Shown in pieces: positions 35,105 to 45,693 of a DNA stretch of 64,000 nucleotides. The position numbers and the translations under genes were made by a program. Numbering within the stretch: the first letter of the stretch is position 1; each line of letters begins with the position of its first letter. The notes beneath the pieces were generated by a model that saw only the letters and a program-made list of their open reading frames with translations, did no database searches and had not been told where the DNA came from. The stretch comes from an uncultured Acidobacteriota bacterium (lineage in GTDB: Bacteria; Acidobacteriota; Vicinamibacteria; Vicinamibacterales; 2-12-FULL-66-21). The stretch covers positions 90,693 to 154,692 of the forward strand of contig CAWCQS010000017.1 of the NCBI GenBank assembly GCA_963797715.1, given 5' to 3'.

Positions 35105-37532
35105 TCACGTCGACGCGCGACGCGCGCGCCGCCGGCATCAGCGAGGCCAGCATCGCCGCAGTCACCAGGATCACTGCGGCGCCGAGAATGGGCACGGCAC
35201 CAGGGATCCGGACGTCGGGGACATAGCTGCCGACCAGCCGCGCGAGCAACACTCCGCCGATCGCCCCGGCGACGACGCCGAAGGCTGCGATCATCGACCC
35301 TTCACCAAGCACCCGCGTCAGCAGATGCCGTGGCGCCGAGCCGATGGCGAGGCGGATGCCGAACTCGCGCGTCCTGGCGCTGACGGAGAACGCGAGGACG
35401 CCGGCGACGCCAACGACGGCAATCGTCAGCGCCACGGCCGCGAACCCGCCAAACACCAGCGCGTTCAGACGATTCGGCGCCAGCACCTCGGCGCGGACGT
35501 CATCGAGCGTGGCCGGCTGCTCCACCGGCTGGTCCGGTGCGAGCTCGCGAATGATGCGCGTGATCGGCGGCACGAGCGCGTAGGGATCGGTACGGGCGTG
35601 CACGAATACGCGGCCGCCGCCGATTTCCTGCTCGAACGGGTGATACACGCTCAGCGCCGGACCAGGAACGACATTCTCATCGTCGACGTCCTTGGCGATA
35701 CCGATGATGCGGCGCGGCTCGGTCTTGACGTCGATGAACTTCATCACCGGATCGGTCCACATCAGGCGGCGGTTGACCGCGTCGCGCGTGCCGAACATCC
35801 GGCGCGCCAGGCTCTCGCTGATGATGACGACCGGCTCGGCCTCGCGACGATCGGCGTCGGAGAAATCGCGTCCGGCGACAATCGGCACACCAAGCGCGCT
35901 GAAGAAGCCGGGCGATACCGTGCGAAATCTCGCCCGCGGATCCTCTTCGCCGTTCGCCTTCGCGTAGCCTTCCACCGAGAACTGGAATCCAGGCCCGAAC
36001 GTGCCGGCATCGCGCCACGGCACGATCGTTCCGACGGCGGCTCGCTCGACACCGGGCAGCTCCGAGATGCGGCGGAGCGCTTCCTTGTAGAAGGCGGCGA
36101 CCTGTTCGGGCGGACGTGAATACGAGACGAGCGGCACGTTCAACGCGAGCACGTTGCTCGTCTTGAATCCCGTGGGCGCCGACTGCAGCGCGAGAAGCGC
36201 CGTCAGCAGCATGCCCGCGCCGGCAAGCAGCACGAACGACGCGGCAATCTGCGTCACCGCGAAGACCCGCAACCGGCGGTTGGTACCTGACGTCATGCGC
36301 ACGCTGCCGGTCGTCACGCCAATGCCGCTCGACGCGTCAGACGAAGGCAGGCGCGGGACAAAGGCCAGCACAACCGCCGCGATGAGCGCGAGCGCGACGC
36401 CGACCCAGAGCAGGCTGGCGTCGACCTTCAGGTCGAGCGCGCGAACCGAGAACCTGGCGGCGTACCTGGCGAGCACGGCGACCATCGGTCGGGCGATGAC
36501 CACACCGAGAATCGCACCGGCGCCACACAAGAGCAGGCTCTCGGCGAGGAGCGTGCGGCGAAGCGCGCCGGTGCTGGCACCGAGCGCCGCGCGGATTGCC
36601 AGCTCGCCTTCGCGGCGCACCGAGCGCGCCAGAATGAGGTTGGCGACGTTCGAACAGGCGATGACGAAAATGAGCGCCGAGGCACCCAATAGCACCAGCA
36701 GCACCGTGCGCGCCGGCGACACGATCTGATCGCGCAGGCCGACGGCGTCGATCCGGAAGTCCGCGGACGTGGGATACGACTCAGGATGCTCCTTGACAAT
36801 CCCGCCGTGCACGGCGCGAAGCTCGGCGCGCGCCGTATTCAGGTCGACGCCAGGCGCCAGCCGGCCGAAGAGCTCGGTCATCCGGTGGACGCGGCCGTCG
36901 ACCATCGTGGCCGAGAGATGGTGCGGGCTCGTCACCACGTTCGCGATGATCTCGGTCTCGGCGGGATAGGGAACCGAAGGCTCGAGCACGCCGACGATCG
37001 TCGCCGCACGATCCCCGAGCCGCACGTTCTTCCCGAGAACAGACGGATCGCCGTTGAGTGCTGTCGTCCAGAACCGATACGTCAGGACCGCCGCACCATC
37101 GGCCTTCGGGCCATCGTCTTTCGGGCCGAGCAAACGTCCGACGACGGGCGATAGTCCCATGACGTCGAAGTAGGAACCGCCGACGACTCCCGCGCGGACG
37201 ACTCGCGGCTCGCCGAGGCCAACCATCGTGAACTCGATCGTCGAGAAATCGCCAAAGGCATTCAGCGAGCGCACGCGCGCGCGCAGATCGTTGATCTCGG
37301 GCACCGAGAAGACAGCGTTCTCCACGCCGACGCCAGGCGCGCTCTGCCGGATATAGATGAGGCGGTCTTCGTCGCGATTCACCAGCGGACGAAGCAGAAC
37401 CCCGCGCACGACGCTAAAAATGGCGGCGTTGGCGCCGATGCCGAGCGCGAGCGTCAGGACGACGGTGATCGTCAATCCCTTGACACGCGCTAGCGAACGC
37501 AAAGCGAATCGGATATCGGTGAGAAAGCTCAT
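35082..37532 (-). CDS. ADOP-family (MacB/FtsX-like) duplicated ABC transporter permease, intact
   Basis: 816 aa. It starts MSFLTDIRFALRSLARVKGLTITVVLTLALGIGANAAIFSVVRGVLLRPL. It has two FtsX-type four-TM blocks (CSNVANLILARSVRREGELAIRAALGAS and REFGIRLAIGSAP), each preceded by a periplasmic domain. Confidence 0.9.
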   Translation of the reverse strand: MSFLTDIRFALRSLARVKGLTITVVLTLALGIGANAAIFSVVRGVLLRPLVNRDEDRLIYIRQSAPGVGVENAVFSVPEINDLRARVRSLNAFGDFSTIEFTMVGLGEPRVVRAGVVGGSYFDVMGLSPVVGRLLGPKDDGPKADGAAVLTYRFWTTALNGDPSVLGKNVRLGDRAATIVGVLEPSVPYPAETEIIANVVTSPHHLSATMVDGRVHRMTELFGRLAPGVDLNTARAELRAVHGGIVKEHPESYPTSADFRIDAVGLRDQIVSPARTVLLVLLGASALIFVIACSNVANLILARSVRREGELAIRAALGASTGALRRTLLAESLLLCGAGAILGVVIARPMVAVLARYAARFSVRALDLKVDASLLWVGVALALIAAVVLAFVPRLPSSDASSGIGVTTGSVRMTSGTNRRLRVFAVTQIAASFVLLAGAGMLLTALLALQSAPTGFKTSNVLALNVPLVSYSRPPEQVAAFYKEALRRISELPGVERAAVGTIVPWRDAGTFGPGFQFSVEGYAKANGEEDPRARFRTVSPGFFSALGVPIVAGRDFSDADRREAEPVVIISESLARRMFGTRDAVNRRLMWTDPVMKFIDVKTEPRRIIGIAKDVDDENVVPGPALSVYHPFEQEIGGGRVFVHARTDPYALVPPITRIIRELAPDQPVEQPATLDDVRAEVLAPNRLNALVFGGFAAVALTIAVVGVAGVLAFSVSARTREFGIRLAIGSAPRHLLTRVLGEGSMIAAFGVVAGAIGGVLLARLVGSYVPDVRIPGAVPILGAAVILVTAAMLASLMPAARASRVDVIKALRAD

Positions 37533-37634
37533 GTCTGCCCCTTTACGCGTCCTTGACTCTATCTGTATGTCGAAGCAGGAGCCTCGAAATCGACACCCGT
37601 GCGGGCCGGCCCCTATTTTCTGCCAGCTCGACGG

Positions 37635-38090
37635 TTACCCGCGACCGCGCCGCGCTTCCGCTTCGTCGAGCCAGCCGCGCCGGAGCTCGGCAGCCGGAAT
37701 GCTCGAAAGGTAGGGCTTGATGTCGAATACCGGCGTGCCATCGAGCATGTCCACCCCGCGAACGCGAAGACGCCGGCCGTCGCGGCCGAGGAGTTGGACG
37801 ACGGTGAGGCCAATCGGACTTGGCCGCCGTGGCGAGCGCGTGGCGAACACGCCGTGCGGGCGATCGTCGCTCGGAGGATGCGCGACGAGGTCGTAACCGC
37901 CGGCTTTGTGGAAGGCCCAGAGCACGTACAGGTGTGAGAAGCCCTCGATGTCCTGGAGGCCGGCTTCGAATGCCGGGTCGATCTCGATGACGCCGTCGGC
38001 GTCGTGCTTCGCGTCCAGCCCTTTCGGAATGTCGCTGGTGGCGGTGAAGGGCGTCTGCACAACGCCAATCGCGGTCATCGTGATATCCAT
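37635..38090 (-). CDS. trmO: TsaA/TrmO-like tRNA methyltransferase N-terminal-domain protein (UPF0066)
   Basis: 151 aa with the motifs IGVVQTPF, GVIEIDPAFEAGLQDIEGFSHLYVLWAFH, HGVFATRSPRRPSPIGLTVVQLL and VRGVDMLDGTPVFDIKPY. Confidence 0.75.
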   Translation of the reverse strand: MDITMTAIGVVQTPFTATSDIPKGLDAKHDADGVIEIDPAFEAGLQDIEGFSHLYVLWAFHKAGGYDLVAHPPSDDRPHGVFATRSPRRPSPIGLTVVQLLGRDGRRLRVRGVDMLDGTPVFDIKPYLSSIPAAELRRGWLDEAEARRGRG

Positions 38091-38106
38091 GCGCGCTCCG
38101 ATCGAG

Positions 38107-38526
38107 CTAGCTCTTGGCCGCCTGAGCGCGCAGGCGCTCTTCCTGCTTGCGCAACTCCGGGCTGAACTCGTCGCCGAAATCCTCTGCCTCGAACACCTGT
38201 CGAATCTCGAGCGTCACGTCGCCGTCCTCGACCGGCCACCGCTTCACCCACTCGAGCGCCTCTTCCTTCGAACGCACCTGAATCATCGTGAAGCCGGCGA
38301 TGAGTTCCTTCGTTTCAGTGAACGGGCCGTCCATCACTGACGGTTTGCCACCTTTGAACGAGACACGCGAGCCCTTTGCGCTCGGGTGCAGCCCTTCGCC
38401 CTGCAGCATGATGCCCGCCTTCACGAGCTCTTCGTTGTACTTCATCATGGCGGCAAGCAGCTCCTGCTGGGGCATCACGCCTGCCTCGGTGTTCTTGTCC
38501 GCCCTGCGGATGATCATGAATCGCAT
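38107..38526 (-). CDS. YciI-family (YCII-related) protein
   Basis: 139 aa: MRFMIIRRADKNTEAG...MMKYNEELVKAGIMLQGEGL...VMDGPFTETKELIAGFTMIQVRSKEEALEW. The hallmark DGPF.E.KE..AGF is present. An AAAGGAG RBS precedes the start. Confidence 0.85.
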   Translation of the reverse strand: MRFMIIRRADKNTEAGVMPQQELLAAMMKYNEELVKAGIMLQGEGLHPSAKGSRVSFKGGKPSVMDGPFTETKELIAGFTMIQVRSKEEALEWVKRWPVEDGDVTLEIRQVFEAEDFGDEFSPELRKQEERLRAQAAKS

Positions 38527-38607
38527 GTCTCATCTCCTTTCCACCTGGGTCCGACGTTTCGTCCGCTCTATTCCTACGTCGAACGAAGGCGGCTGGGATC
38601 GACTCCG

Positions 38608-39147
38608 CTACTCTACCCTCCAGACGCGTATGACGACCTCGGCAGGGTGGCGCTCGCCCGTGCCGATGAAAATCGACCGGGTCAACCACTGCAGCTCTGG
38701 CGCCGAGGTCTCGAACGTCGGAACGGTCTTGAAGTACACGAGGGAGGGATCGACCGGCTCGCCTGCGAGCAGCTTCTTGGTGATCTCGGGCGAAGCATGC
38801 CTGATGCCGGCGTTCTGGATGTAGATGAGTTTTCCAGCCTCAGTCTGCAACATGTAGCGCGTATCGAGTTCGGCCAGGCCATCGGCGCGAACGATCTGCC
38901 AGTCCGCACCACCCGGCATCACCTTGCCGCGGATATCCGGTCCGTCGAACGTCCCGCCCAGGATTGGAATGATGCGGCGTCGTCCGCGCGGCACCTCACC
39001 GAGCTCGGTCGGCGGACCGACCTGTACGCGGAGCGTCATCGCCAACGTCAGCCTGGGCGGAGTGGCAGTCACTGGGCCGATACTCTGAGCGGATTGCGTG
39101 GCTGCGGCCAGCGATACGGACATCAAAAGAAAGATCAGCGGCTGCAT
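38608..39147 (-). CDS. DUF3237 domain-containing exported protein
   Basis: The start is ATG 39147 (MQPLIFLLMSVSLAAATQSAQS). The motifs are GRRRIIPILGGTFDGPDIRGKVMPGGADWQIVRADGLAELDTRYMLQTEAGKLIYIQN. Confidence 0.75.
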   Translation of the reverse strand: MQPLIFLLMSVSLAAATQSAQSIGPVTATPPRLTLAMTLRVQVGPPTELGEVPRGRRRIIPILGGTFDGPDIRGKVMPGGADWQIVRADGLAELDTRYMLQTEAGKLIYIQNAGIRHASPEITKKLLAGEPVDPSLVYFKTVPTFETSAPELQWLTRSIFIGTGERHPAEVVIRVWRVE

Positions 39148-39288
39148 GGGACCTCGGCGCGTGGCGAAGCCGCGATCATGTCGAACTCGCTGCGACGCGT
39201 CAATGCGGCAAATCCATCGTCGTAGCAATGGATTATCGCGAAGCTTCGAAGCTCACGAAGATCGCGAAGAGACGTTATCTCGTTGGTT

Positions 39289-39512
39289 CACTGTCAAAAA
39301 CCTTCAATCGCGGAGGACGCAGAGGCGCAGAGTTCGCAGGTGGCGATCAGATCGAGCATCATCGTCTGCGATCGGTCGCGCCGCGCGTACGCGCGGGTGA
39401 CATCGCCGGCCGTCCGGCCGGCGACGCGACCAGTAGAAACGCCGATCGTGAACATCCCTCTGCGCGTTCCTCTGCGCCTCTGCGCCCTCCGCGATTCAGG
39501 TTTGAGACAGTG
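39289..39512. repeat. nested-palindrome MITE-like element, copy B (inverted relative to copy A, lacks the inner hairpin)
   Basis: The terminal inverted repeats are about 45 bp: CACTGTCAAAAACCTTCAATCGCGGAGGACGCAGAGGCGCAGAG against the reverse complement of CTCTGCGCCTCTGCGCCCTCCGCGATTCAGGTTTGAGACAGTG. In reverse complement, the core reads GGTCGCGTCGCCGGCCGGACGGCCGGC ... ACCCGCGCGTACGCGCGGCGCGACC, as in copy A. Confidence 0.75.
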
Positions 39513-39553
39513 AAGGACGCCGCTCATGCTATTTTCTTGCGTAGGAGCCGATC

Positions 39554-40645
39554 ATGATTGCTCGCGCGTGGCCCGTCCTCCTGATCGCGTCGTTCACGCT
39601 TGCGTCACCCCACGCCCGCGCGCCGCAGGCAAGCGACACGAGCGTCAGTTACCCGGCCAAGGGCACGGCGGGACAGGGTAAGCACGTCGTCTTCCTCGCC
39701 GGCGATGAAGAGTACCGCAGCGAAGAAGGGCTGCCGATGCTGGCGAAGATCCTCAGCCAGCGGCACGGCTTCAAGACGACGGTCCTCTTTTCGGTCGCCG
39801 CCGACGGCACCATCGATCCCAAGAGCTCGAAATCGCTCTCCAACCCGGCGGCTCTCGACACGGCCGACGCCATCGTCATGCTGCTGCGGTTCCGCGCCTG
39901 GCCCGACGAGGACATGGCGCGCTTCGACAAGAAGCTCAAGGCCGGAACGCCGATCGTCGCGCTACGCACCAGCACCCACGCATTCAACGGTCTCGCCAAG
40001 GGCGGACCGTGGGAATCGTGGAACTACAACAACCAGGGCGGATTCGGAAAGCGGGTGCTCGGCGAAACCTGGCTGACGCACTGGGGTAAACACAAGGTCG
40101 AAGCGACGCGCGGTGCCTTTGAACCCTCGCAGCGCACCAACCCACTCCTCCGTGGCATCAGCGAAGTATTCGGCGACACGGACGTCTACGAGGCGTATCC
40201 GCCCGCCGACGCGACGATTCTCGTTCGCGGCATCGTCCTGCAGACGCTCGCGCCCGATTCACCGCCGGCCGACTACCGCAAGGCCCGCTCGACAGACAAG
40301 GAACAGCAGGGCGTCAACGATCCCGCGATGCCTGTCGTGTGGACGCGCCTCAACAAGAACGACAACGGCACGATCAACAAGATCCTGACGACGACGATGG
40401 GATCGGCAACCGATCTCGAGAACGAGGGACTGCGTCGTCTGGTCGTGAACGGTGTGTTCTGGGGACTCGGCATGGACGTGCCGGCAAAAGCCGACGTGAC
40501 GTACGTTGACGAGTACGTGCCGTCTTTCTACGGCTTCGATGGCTTCCGCAAGGGCTTGCGCGCGGCGGACTTCGAACTCGGCAAGAAAGTGCCGGGCACG
40601 CCGCTGCCCCGTCCCGCGCCGCCGTCTGGTCGCGGTGGGAACTAG
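39554..40645 (+). CDS. ThuA-like (class I glutamine amidotransferase-like fold) exported protein
   Basis: 363 aa with a signal peptide. HVVFLAGDEEYRSEEGLPMLAKIL ... ADAIVMLLRFRAWPDEDMARFDKKLKAGTPIVALRTSTHAF resembles the ThuA-domain proteins common in Planctomycetes and Acidobacteria. The assignment is from memory. Confidence 0.6.
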   Translation: MIARAWPVLLIASFTLASPHARAPQASDTSVSYPAKGTAGQGKHVVFLAGDEEYRSEEGLPMLAKILSQRHGFKTTVLFSVAADGTIDPKSSKSLSNPAALDTADAIVMLLRFRAWPDEDMARFDKKLKAGTPIVALRTSTHAFNGLAKGGPWESWNYNNQGGFGKRVLGETWLTHWGKHKVEATRGAFEPSQRTNPLLRGISEVFGDTDVYEAYPPADATILVRGIVLQTLAPDSPPADYRKARSTDKEQQGVNDPAMPVVWTRLNKNDNGTINKILTTTMGSATDLENEGLRRLVVNGVFWGLGMDVPAKADVTYVDEYVPSFYGFDGFRKGLRAADFELGKKVPGTPLPRPAPPSGRGGN

Positions 40646-40679
40646 CAGCCAGCGTCAGGCATCAGACAGGCACCGCAGA

Positions 40680-43641
40680 TCAGAAGGTCACACGAGCCGC
40701 GAACTGAAATGCGCGTGGACCGCCAGAACCGAACACCCCGCCAGCAGTCGTGACCGCGCGGCCGAAGCTCGACGACCTGAGATAGCCGGGATCGCCGGGA
40801 ATCGTGCTGTCGCGAACGAGCACGTTGGAGAAACCTGAATAGTTGCGCGTGCTGACGCCGAGCACGTTGGTCACGTTGAAGAGGTTGAACACTTCCAGGA
40901 TCGGCTCGACGCGGAGCTTGCCCCAACCGAACGGGCGCGAGACGCGGAGGTCGAGCGAGCTGAAGCCGTCGCCAAGCTGCGCATCGTCGCGCACGAGCGG
41001 CAGGAGCTCGCCGTCGATGCCGCCGCCGGCGTTGATCGACGACAGCGCGCGATTCAGCTCGGCGGCAGTCTTGTAGATGCGGCCGCCGGCATTTCGTTCG
41101 AAGGCCGGCACGCGGAACCCGCCACTAGGCATCAGGATGTCCATCGGCACGGCTGACGCCAGCGTCAGCAGCGGCGCCACGACAACCCCAAACGGCGCGG
41201 TGAACCAGCCGGCGAACGTAAAGCGGTGGCGCTGATCGTTTGGCGTCGGCCCGAACTCGCGGCGCAGGTCGTTCGGATCGATCGGTCCGTTGGCGAAGGG
41301 AATCTGGTCGTCGTTGGCGTAGTTCTGAGCCTTCGACAAGGCGTATGACGTGCGGAACCCGAACCGCGCGCCACGGCGCTCGGCGCTGACGAGCAGCGCA
41401 TCGTAGTGCGTGTTCACGCTCGATTCGAGGTTGACGACGCGATCGGGGCCGCCCACGACTGGATTGAACACCTCGCCGATCCCGCGACCGATGATGAAGT
41501 GTGTGCCGAGATTGTGCACGCCGTCGACGCGCAGCACGATGCGCGCCGGCAGCTCCTGCTGATAGCCGAGGTTGAACTGCTGGACCGACGGGTTCTGCAG
41601 CGTGTTGTCGATGATGTTGATGCCAGACGCGCCGGCGCCGACGAGGATGAACCCGGTGAAGGGATTGGACGTCGACGGCGCAAACGGCGGGAACTGGCCG
41701 GTCGATGGATCGAGGAAGAAGACGTTGCCGGCGCGAACCTCGATTGGCAGCGCGCGACCGTCTAGCCCGCGTTCGAGCGATTCGATCTCGAGCGTCACGC
41801 GATCGTAGTAGATGCCGTAGCCGCCATGAATGCTCATGCGGCGGCCGTCCGATGCCCAGTTGAAGCCGATGCGTGGACCGAAATTGTTCAGATCCTTCTG
41901 GCGCTCCCCCTGGAGAAACGGCTGCACGATCGGGTTGATCTCGTCGTAGCGGCTGATGTTCTTGACGTCGGTGTCGAGCTCGTAGCGAAGGCCAACGTTG
42001 AGCGTCAGATCGGACCTGATGCGCCAGTCGTCCTGGACGAACATCGCGACGTAGTTGTTGTTGGCGTTGTCGATGACGAGCGCCTGGTCGGGCTTCCCGC
42101 TCCGCAGCGTCACCGCAAACAGGAGATCGCCATCGTCAACCCGGCCGTCGCCGTTGTGATCGAAATCGGCGAAGTCCTCGACGAACTCGATGCGGCCTTG
42201 CTGAAAGACACCGAGATCGAAACGGCCGTAGACGTGTTGCCACTCGCCGCCGGCGCGCACGGTGTGCGAGCCGCGGACGAGCGTCACGGTGTCGGCAAGC
42301 TGGAAGCGGCGCTGGGTCGTGCCTTGGGGGACACGGAACGAGCTGCCGTCCTGGATGCTCGGAAAAGTCAGTTGCGGACCGGTGACGACCGGCGCAATCT
42401 CGTTCGAGAACGAGCTGAACGACGCCGTGGCGGCGTTGACGACGGTCGGCGTCCAGATGCGGGTCCAGGAGCCGACGATGGATTGATAGCGATTCTGGCT
42501 CGCTTGCCGCTGTGACGCGGAACCAATCGAGCGATCGAGCGTGCTCGGGCCGGTGTCGTCAGCGTGCTCCCCGGAGTACCGCACCATCACGCTGTCGGCG
42601 GAATTCGGCCGCCAATCGACGCGCGCCGAGCCAAGAAAGTCGTCGAGCGGCGCCAGCGCGAACGATTGCCGAATCGTCCGCGCGCCGACGTCGCGAGCTC
42701 CGACCAGGACCGCACCGTCCTGGTTGCGATACTCCAGCGCGCCAAAGGCGAAGAGTCGGCCGGCCATCAGCGGACCGCCAACCGATCCCGCCACCTGCTG
42801 ACGATCGAACGGCACGTCGTCGCCCGAAGAACGATCGTAGGTCGCCGGCAGCGCCTGCCAGCTGTTGTCGCGGAGGAACAGCGACGCCGAGCCGCGAAAC
42901 TGATCGGTCCCTGATTTGGTGACGACGTTGATCATCGACGCGGCGGAGCGGCCGTTCTCCGCCGAGAACCGGTTGGTGGCAATCTGGAACTCCTGCACCG
43001 ACTCTTGCGTCACGTTCTGGAGCGGCCCGCCGACGACGTCGTCGTTGTTGTCGGAGCCGTCGATCATGATGTTGCCGCCGCGCCCGAGCTGGCCGGCCGA
43101 CGAGATCGTGACGGAGTTCGTCTTGGTGGGATCGAAGTTCGGCGCCGGCGCGTTCCCCGGTACGAGCAGCGCAAGCTCGAGAAAGTTTCGGCCATTCAGC
43201 GGCAGCGCAGCGATGAGATCCGACGGAATGACGGCATCGACGACCGAACGGCTGGTATCGACACCACCGACGCCGCCGACGACAACGGTTTCACGTACAG
43301 TTCCCGATGGCAAGATCAACGTCGACTGATACGATGCGGCCGACCTCGACGACGAGGCCTGAACGTGAGACGTCGTTGAATCCTTTGGCGGCAGCGACCA
43401 GATCGAACGTGCCGGGTGGAAGGTTGGAGACGACGAACCTGCCGTCGCTGGCCGTGGTCGCCGTTCGCGTCACGCCGTTGCCCTGGCCGGTGACGGTCAC
43501 GGCCACCGCTGCAACAGGGGCGCCCTGTGGATCGACCATGCGCCCCTGGATCGTTCCAGAGGTTGTCTGTGCGACGGCGGGGCCGGCCGTCCACAACACC
43601 AGGGCCGCTGCCGCGGCCATGATCCGGTATCGCATGCGCAC
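40680..43641 (-). pseudogene. TonB-dependent receptor with N-terminal carboxypeptidase-regulatory-like domain, one frameshift
   Basis: ORF 43291..43641 has the signal peptide and the CarboxypepD_reg domain (GTIQGRMVDPQGAPVAAVAVTV...DGRFVVSNLPPGTFDL). ORF 40680..43319 has the plug (NGRNFLELALLVPG) and the beta-barrel, ending ...FQFAARVTF. The frame switch lies within 43300-43320 (VSVDVDL|LPSGTVRETVVV). Confidence 0.85.
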
Positions 43642-43763
43642 TCGCTCCTCGTGTCAGCAGCGCCACCACCGCGGCGCGCGGCGACGGAACATTACCCGGA
43701 ACGATGCGCAAAGGCACTAGTGCAATGATGTTAGCGAACGCTCGGACGCCGGCCGGAGGTAGC

Positions 43764-45299
43764 ATGGCCGGCATGAATCAATCGTCGTCTTGGCGCCACG
43801 ATCTGCTGGTGCTCACGCCGATCGCGCTCGCGGTGATGGCGCTCCACCTGGCGGTCGTGGGACAGTACGGCATTTTCCGGGACGAGTTCTACTACCTGGC
43901 ATGCGGGCGACACCTCGCATGGGGTTATGTCGATCACCCGCCGGTCGTCGCGGTGATGGCGCGCGCGGCGGAGTGGCTCGGCAGCTCAATCCTCGCCATC
44001 CGGATTCTCCCGATTCTCTTGTCCGGAACGCTCGTGTTTCTCGTCGCCGCCGTTGCGCGACGGCTCGGCGGCGGCCGATTCGCGCAGGGCCTGGCGGCAG
44101 CACTGGCCTCGCTGTCGCCGCACTTCCTGTTTGTCTTTCACATTCTGTCGATGAACAGCGCCGAGGTCGTGCTGTGGACGCTCGGGGCGTGGCTCGTTCT
44201 CGTGGCGATTCAGACGGAACGTGCCTGGGCATGGCTGGCGTTCGGCGTCACGGCGGGCATTGGCTTACTGACCAAGCACAGCATGGCCGTGTTCGGCCTT
44301 GGCATCTTTGCTGGCCTCCTCGCTACGCCGGCGCGGCGTACGTTGAGGACACCCTGGCCCTGGGTCGGAGGGCTGATAGCGGCAGCGACGTTCGCACCTC
44401 ACCTCTGGTGGCAGCACGTGCACGGCTGGCCCACCGCGGAGTTCGTGAGGAACGCGCAGGAGTTCAAGATCACCGAGCAATCGGTCGGCTCCTTTCTCGC
44501 GCAGCTGGCGCTCATGATGAATCCCGTGACGCTCCCGCTGTGGATCGCCGGCCTCGGCTGGCTGATCGCCGGCCGCGCGTCGGCGAAAGGGCGAGTGCTC
44601 GCCGTCTGCGCGATCGTTATCGTGCTGGTGTTCATCGTTCAGCGCTCGAAGCCTTACTACGCGACGGCCGTGATGCCGGTGCTGCTGGCCGCGGGGGCTG
44701 TCGCCCTGGAGCGCGCGACCGAGCGACGACGTGCCTGGCGAGCGGCGGCGGCGGCGCTGCTGGTGACCGGCGCAATGCCTATCGTGCCAATGGGCCTGCC
44801 GCTGCTGCCCGTCGATGCGTTCACCAGGTACACGACCGCGCTTGGCCTCACCCCAGCCAACCAGGAGCGTCAGGAGCTCGGCATCCTGCCACAGCATTTC
44901 GCCGACATGCACGGGTGGGACGAGCTCGCGCGAGAAGTCTCTCGTGTCTATCAGCAGCTGCCCGCCGACGAGCGCGCCAGCGCGCGCGTGTGGGCACAGA
45001 ACTATGGCGAAGCGGGAGCTCTGGAATACTTCGCGCTGCGAGGCCGATACCCGCTGCCGCGCGTCATTTCGCCGCACAACAACTACTGGTATTGGGGACC
45101 TGGTGACGAGGGAGGCACACTCATCGTGATTGGCGGCCGGCGCGAAGACATGGAAGCGGCGTTCGATCGCGTCGAGGACGCAGGACGTACCGCCTGTCGC
45201 TACTGCATGCCGTACGAGAACGACCTCGTGATCCGGGTTGGGCGTGGCTGGAAGATGCGGTTGCGGGACGTCTGGTTGCGCGAGCGGCACTTCATCTGA
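43764..45299 (+). CDS. glycosyltransferase family 39 (ArnT/PMT-like) membrane protein
   Basis: The start is ATG 43764, preceded by GGAGG. FRDEFYYLACGRHLAWGYVDHPP is the typical first-loop motif. About 10 TM segments are followed by a soluble C-terminal domain. Confidence 0.8.
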   Translation: MAGMNQSSSWRHDLLVLTPIALAVMALHLAVVGQYGIFRDEFYYLACGRHLAWGYVDHPPVVAVMARAAEWLGSSILAIRILPILLSGTLVFLVAAVARRLGGGRFAQGLAAALASLSPHFLFVFHILSMNSAEVVLWTLGAWLVLVAIQTERAWAWLAFGVTAGIGLLTKHSMAVFGLGIFAGLLATPARRTLRTPWPWVGGLIAAATFAPHLWWQHVHGWPTAEFVRNAQEFKITEQSVGSFLAQLALMMNPVTLPLWIAGLGWLIAGRASAKGRVLAVCAIVIVLVFIVQRSKPYYATAVMPVLLAAGAVALERATERRRAWRAAAAALLVTGAMPIVPMGLPLLPVDAFTRYTTALGLTPANQERQELGILPQHFADMHGWDELAREVSRVYQQLPADERASARVWAQNYGEAGALEYFALRGRYPLPRVISPHNNYWYWGPGDEGGTLIVIGGRREDMEAAFDRVEDAGRTACRYCMPYENDLVIRVGRGWKMRLRDVWLRERHFI

Positions 45300-45325
45300 A
45301 CGATCGACGCTGAACCGCTAAAAGT

Positions 45326-45367
45326 GCCACGGGCGGCACTCCCTCTGGGTAGAGTGCTGCCCGCGGC
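45326..45367. terminator. bidirectional hairpin between convergent genes
   Basis: GCCACGGGCGGCACTC (45326..45341) pairs with GAGTGCTGCCCGCGGC (45352..45367): a 16-bp stem with 2 mismatches and a 10-nt loop. It lies between the GT39 stop (45299) and the stop of the 95-aa gene (45406). Confidence 0.5.
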
Positions 45368-45405
45368 GAGCGATCAGTCCCGTCGACGCCGGGATCGTGC
45401 TCGGG

Positions 45406-45693
45406 CTAACGGCTGCCCGTCACACGCTCCCACGCGTCCCTGACCGCATGCTTGATCTGCGCCCACGTGGATTGGCCGCGATGTTCATAGCGCTCCCATT
45501 CGTTGCTCAGATCCGTTTCGACGTCGTCCCATTTTCCCGACCGATATCTGTCAGCCGATTCGTAGCCAAACCGGTAGCCTGGACGATAGAAGTCATAGCT
45601 GCGGCCCGATTCGGCATACGGCCGGCGCTGATAGTTGTCTCGCCAATACGCTTCTTCCGTGCGCCAGTCATTGCGTGTGCTGACGTCTGCCAT
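45406..45693 (-). CDS. small hydrophilic Trp/Tyr/Arg-rich protein (stress-protein-like, unassigned)
   Basis: 95 aa: MADVSTRNDWRTEEAYWRDNYQRRPYAESGRSYDFYRPGYRFGYESADRY... A strong RBS (GAGGAGGG) lies 6 nt upstream of the ATG. Confidence 0.6.
   Translation of the reverse strand: MADVSTRNDWRTEEAYWRDNYQRRPYAESGRSYDFYRPGYRFGYESADRYRSGKWDDVETDLSNEWERYEHRGQSTWAQIKHAVRDAWERVTGSR

Noticed and set aside
43722-43735. GCAATGATGTTAGC in the divergent TonB-dependent receptor / GT39 promoter region as a possible Fur box.
   Set aside because: It matches the 19-bp Fur consensus at only a few positions and has no dyad symmetry.
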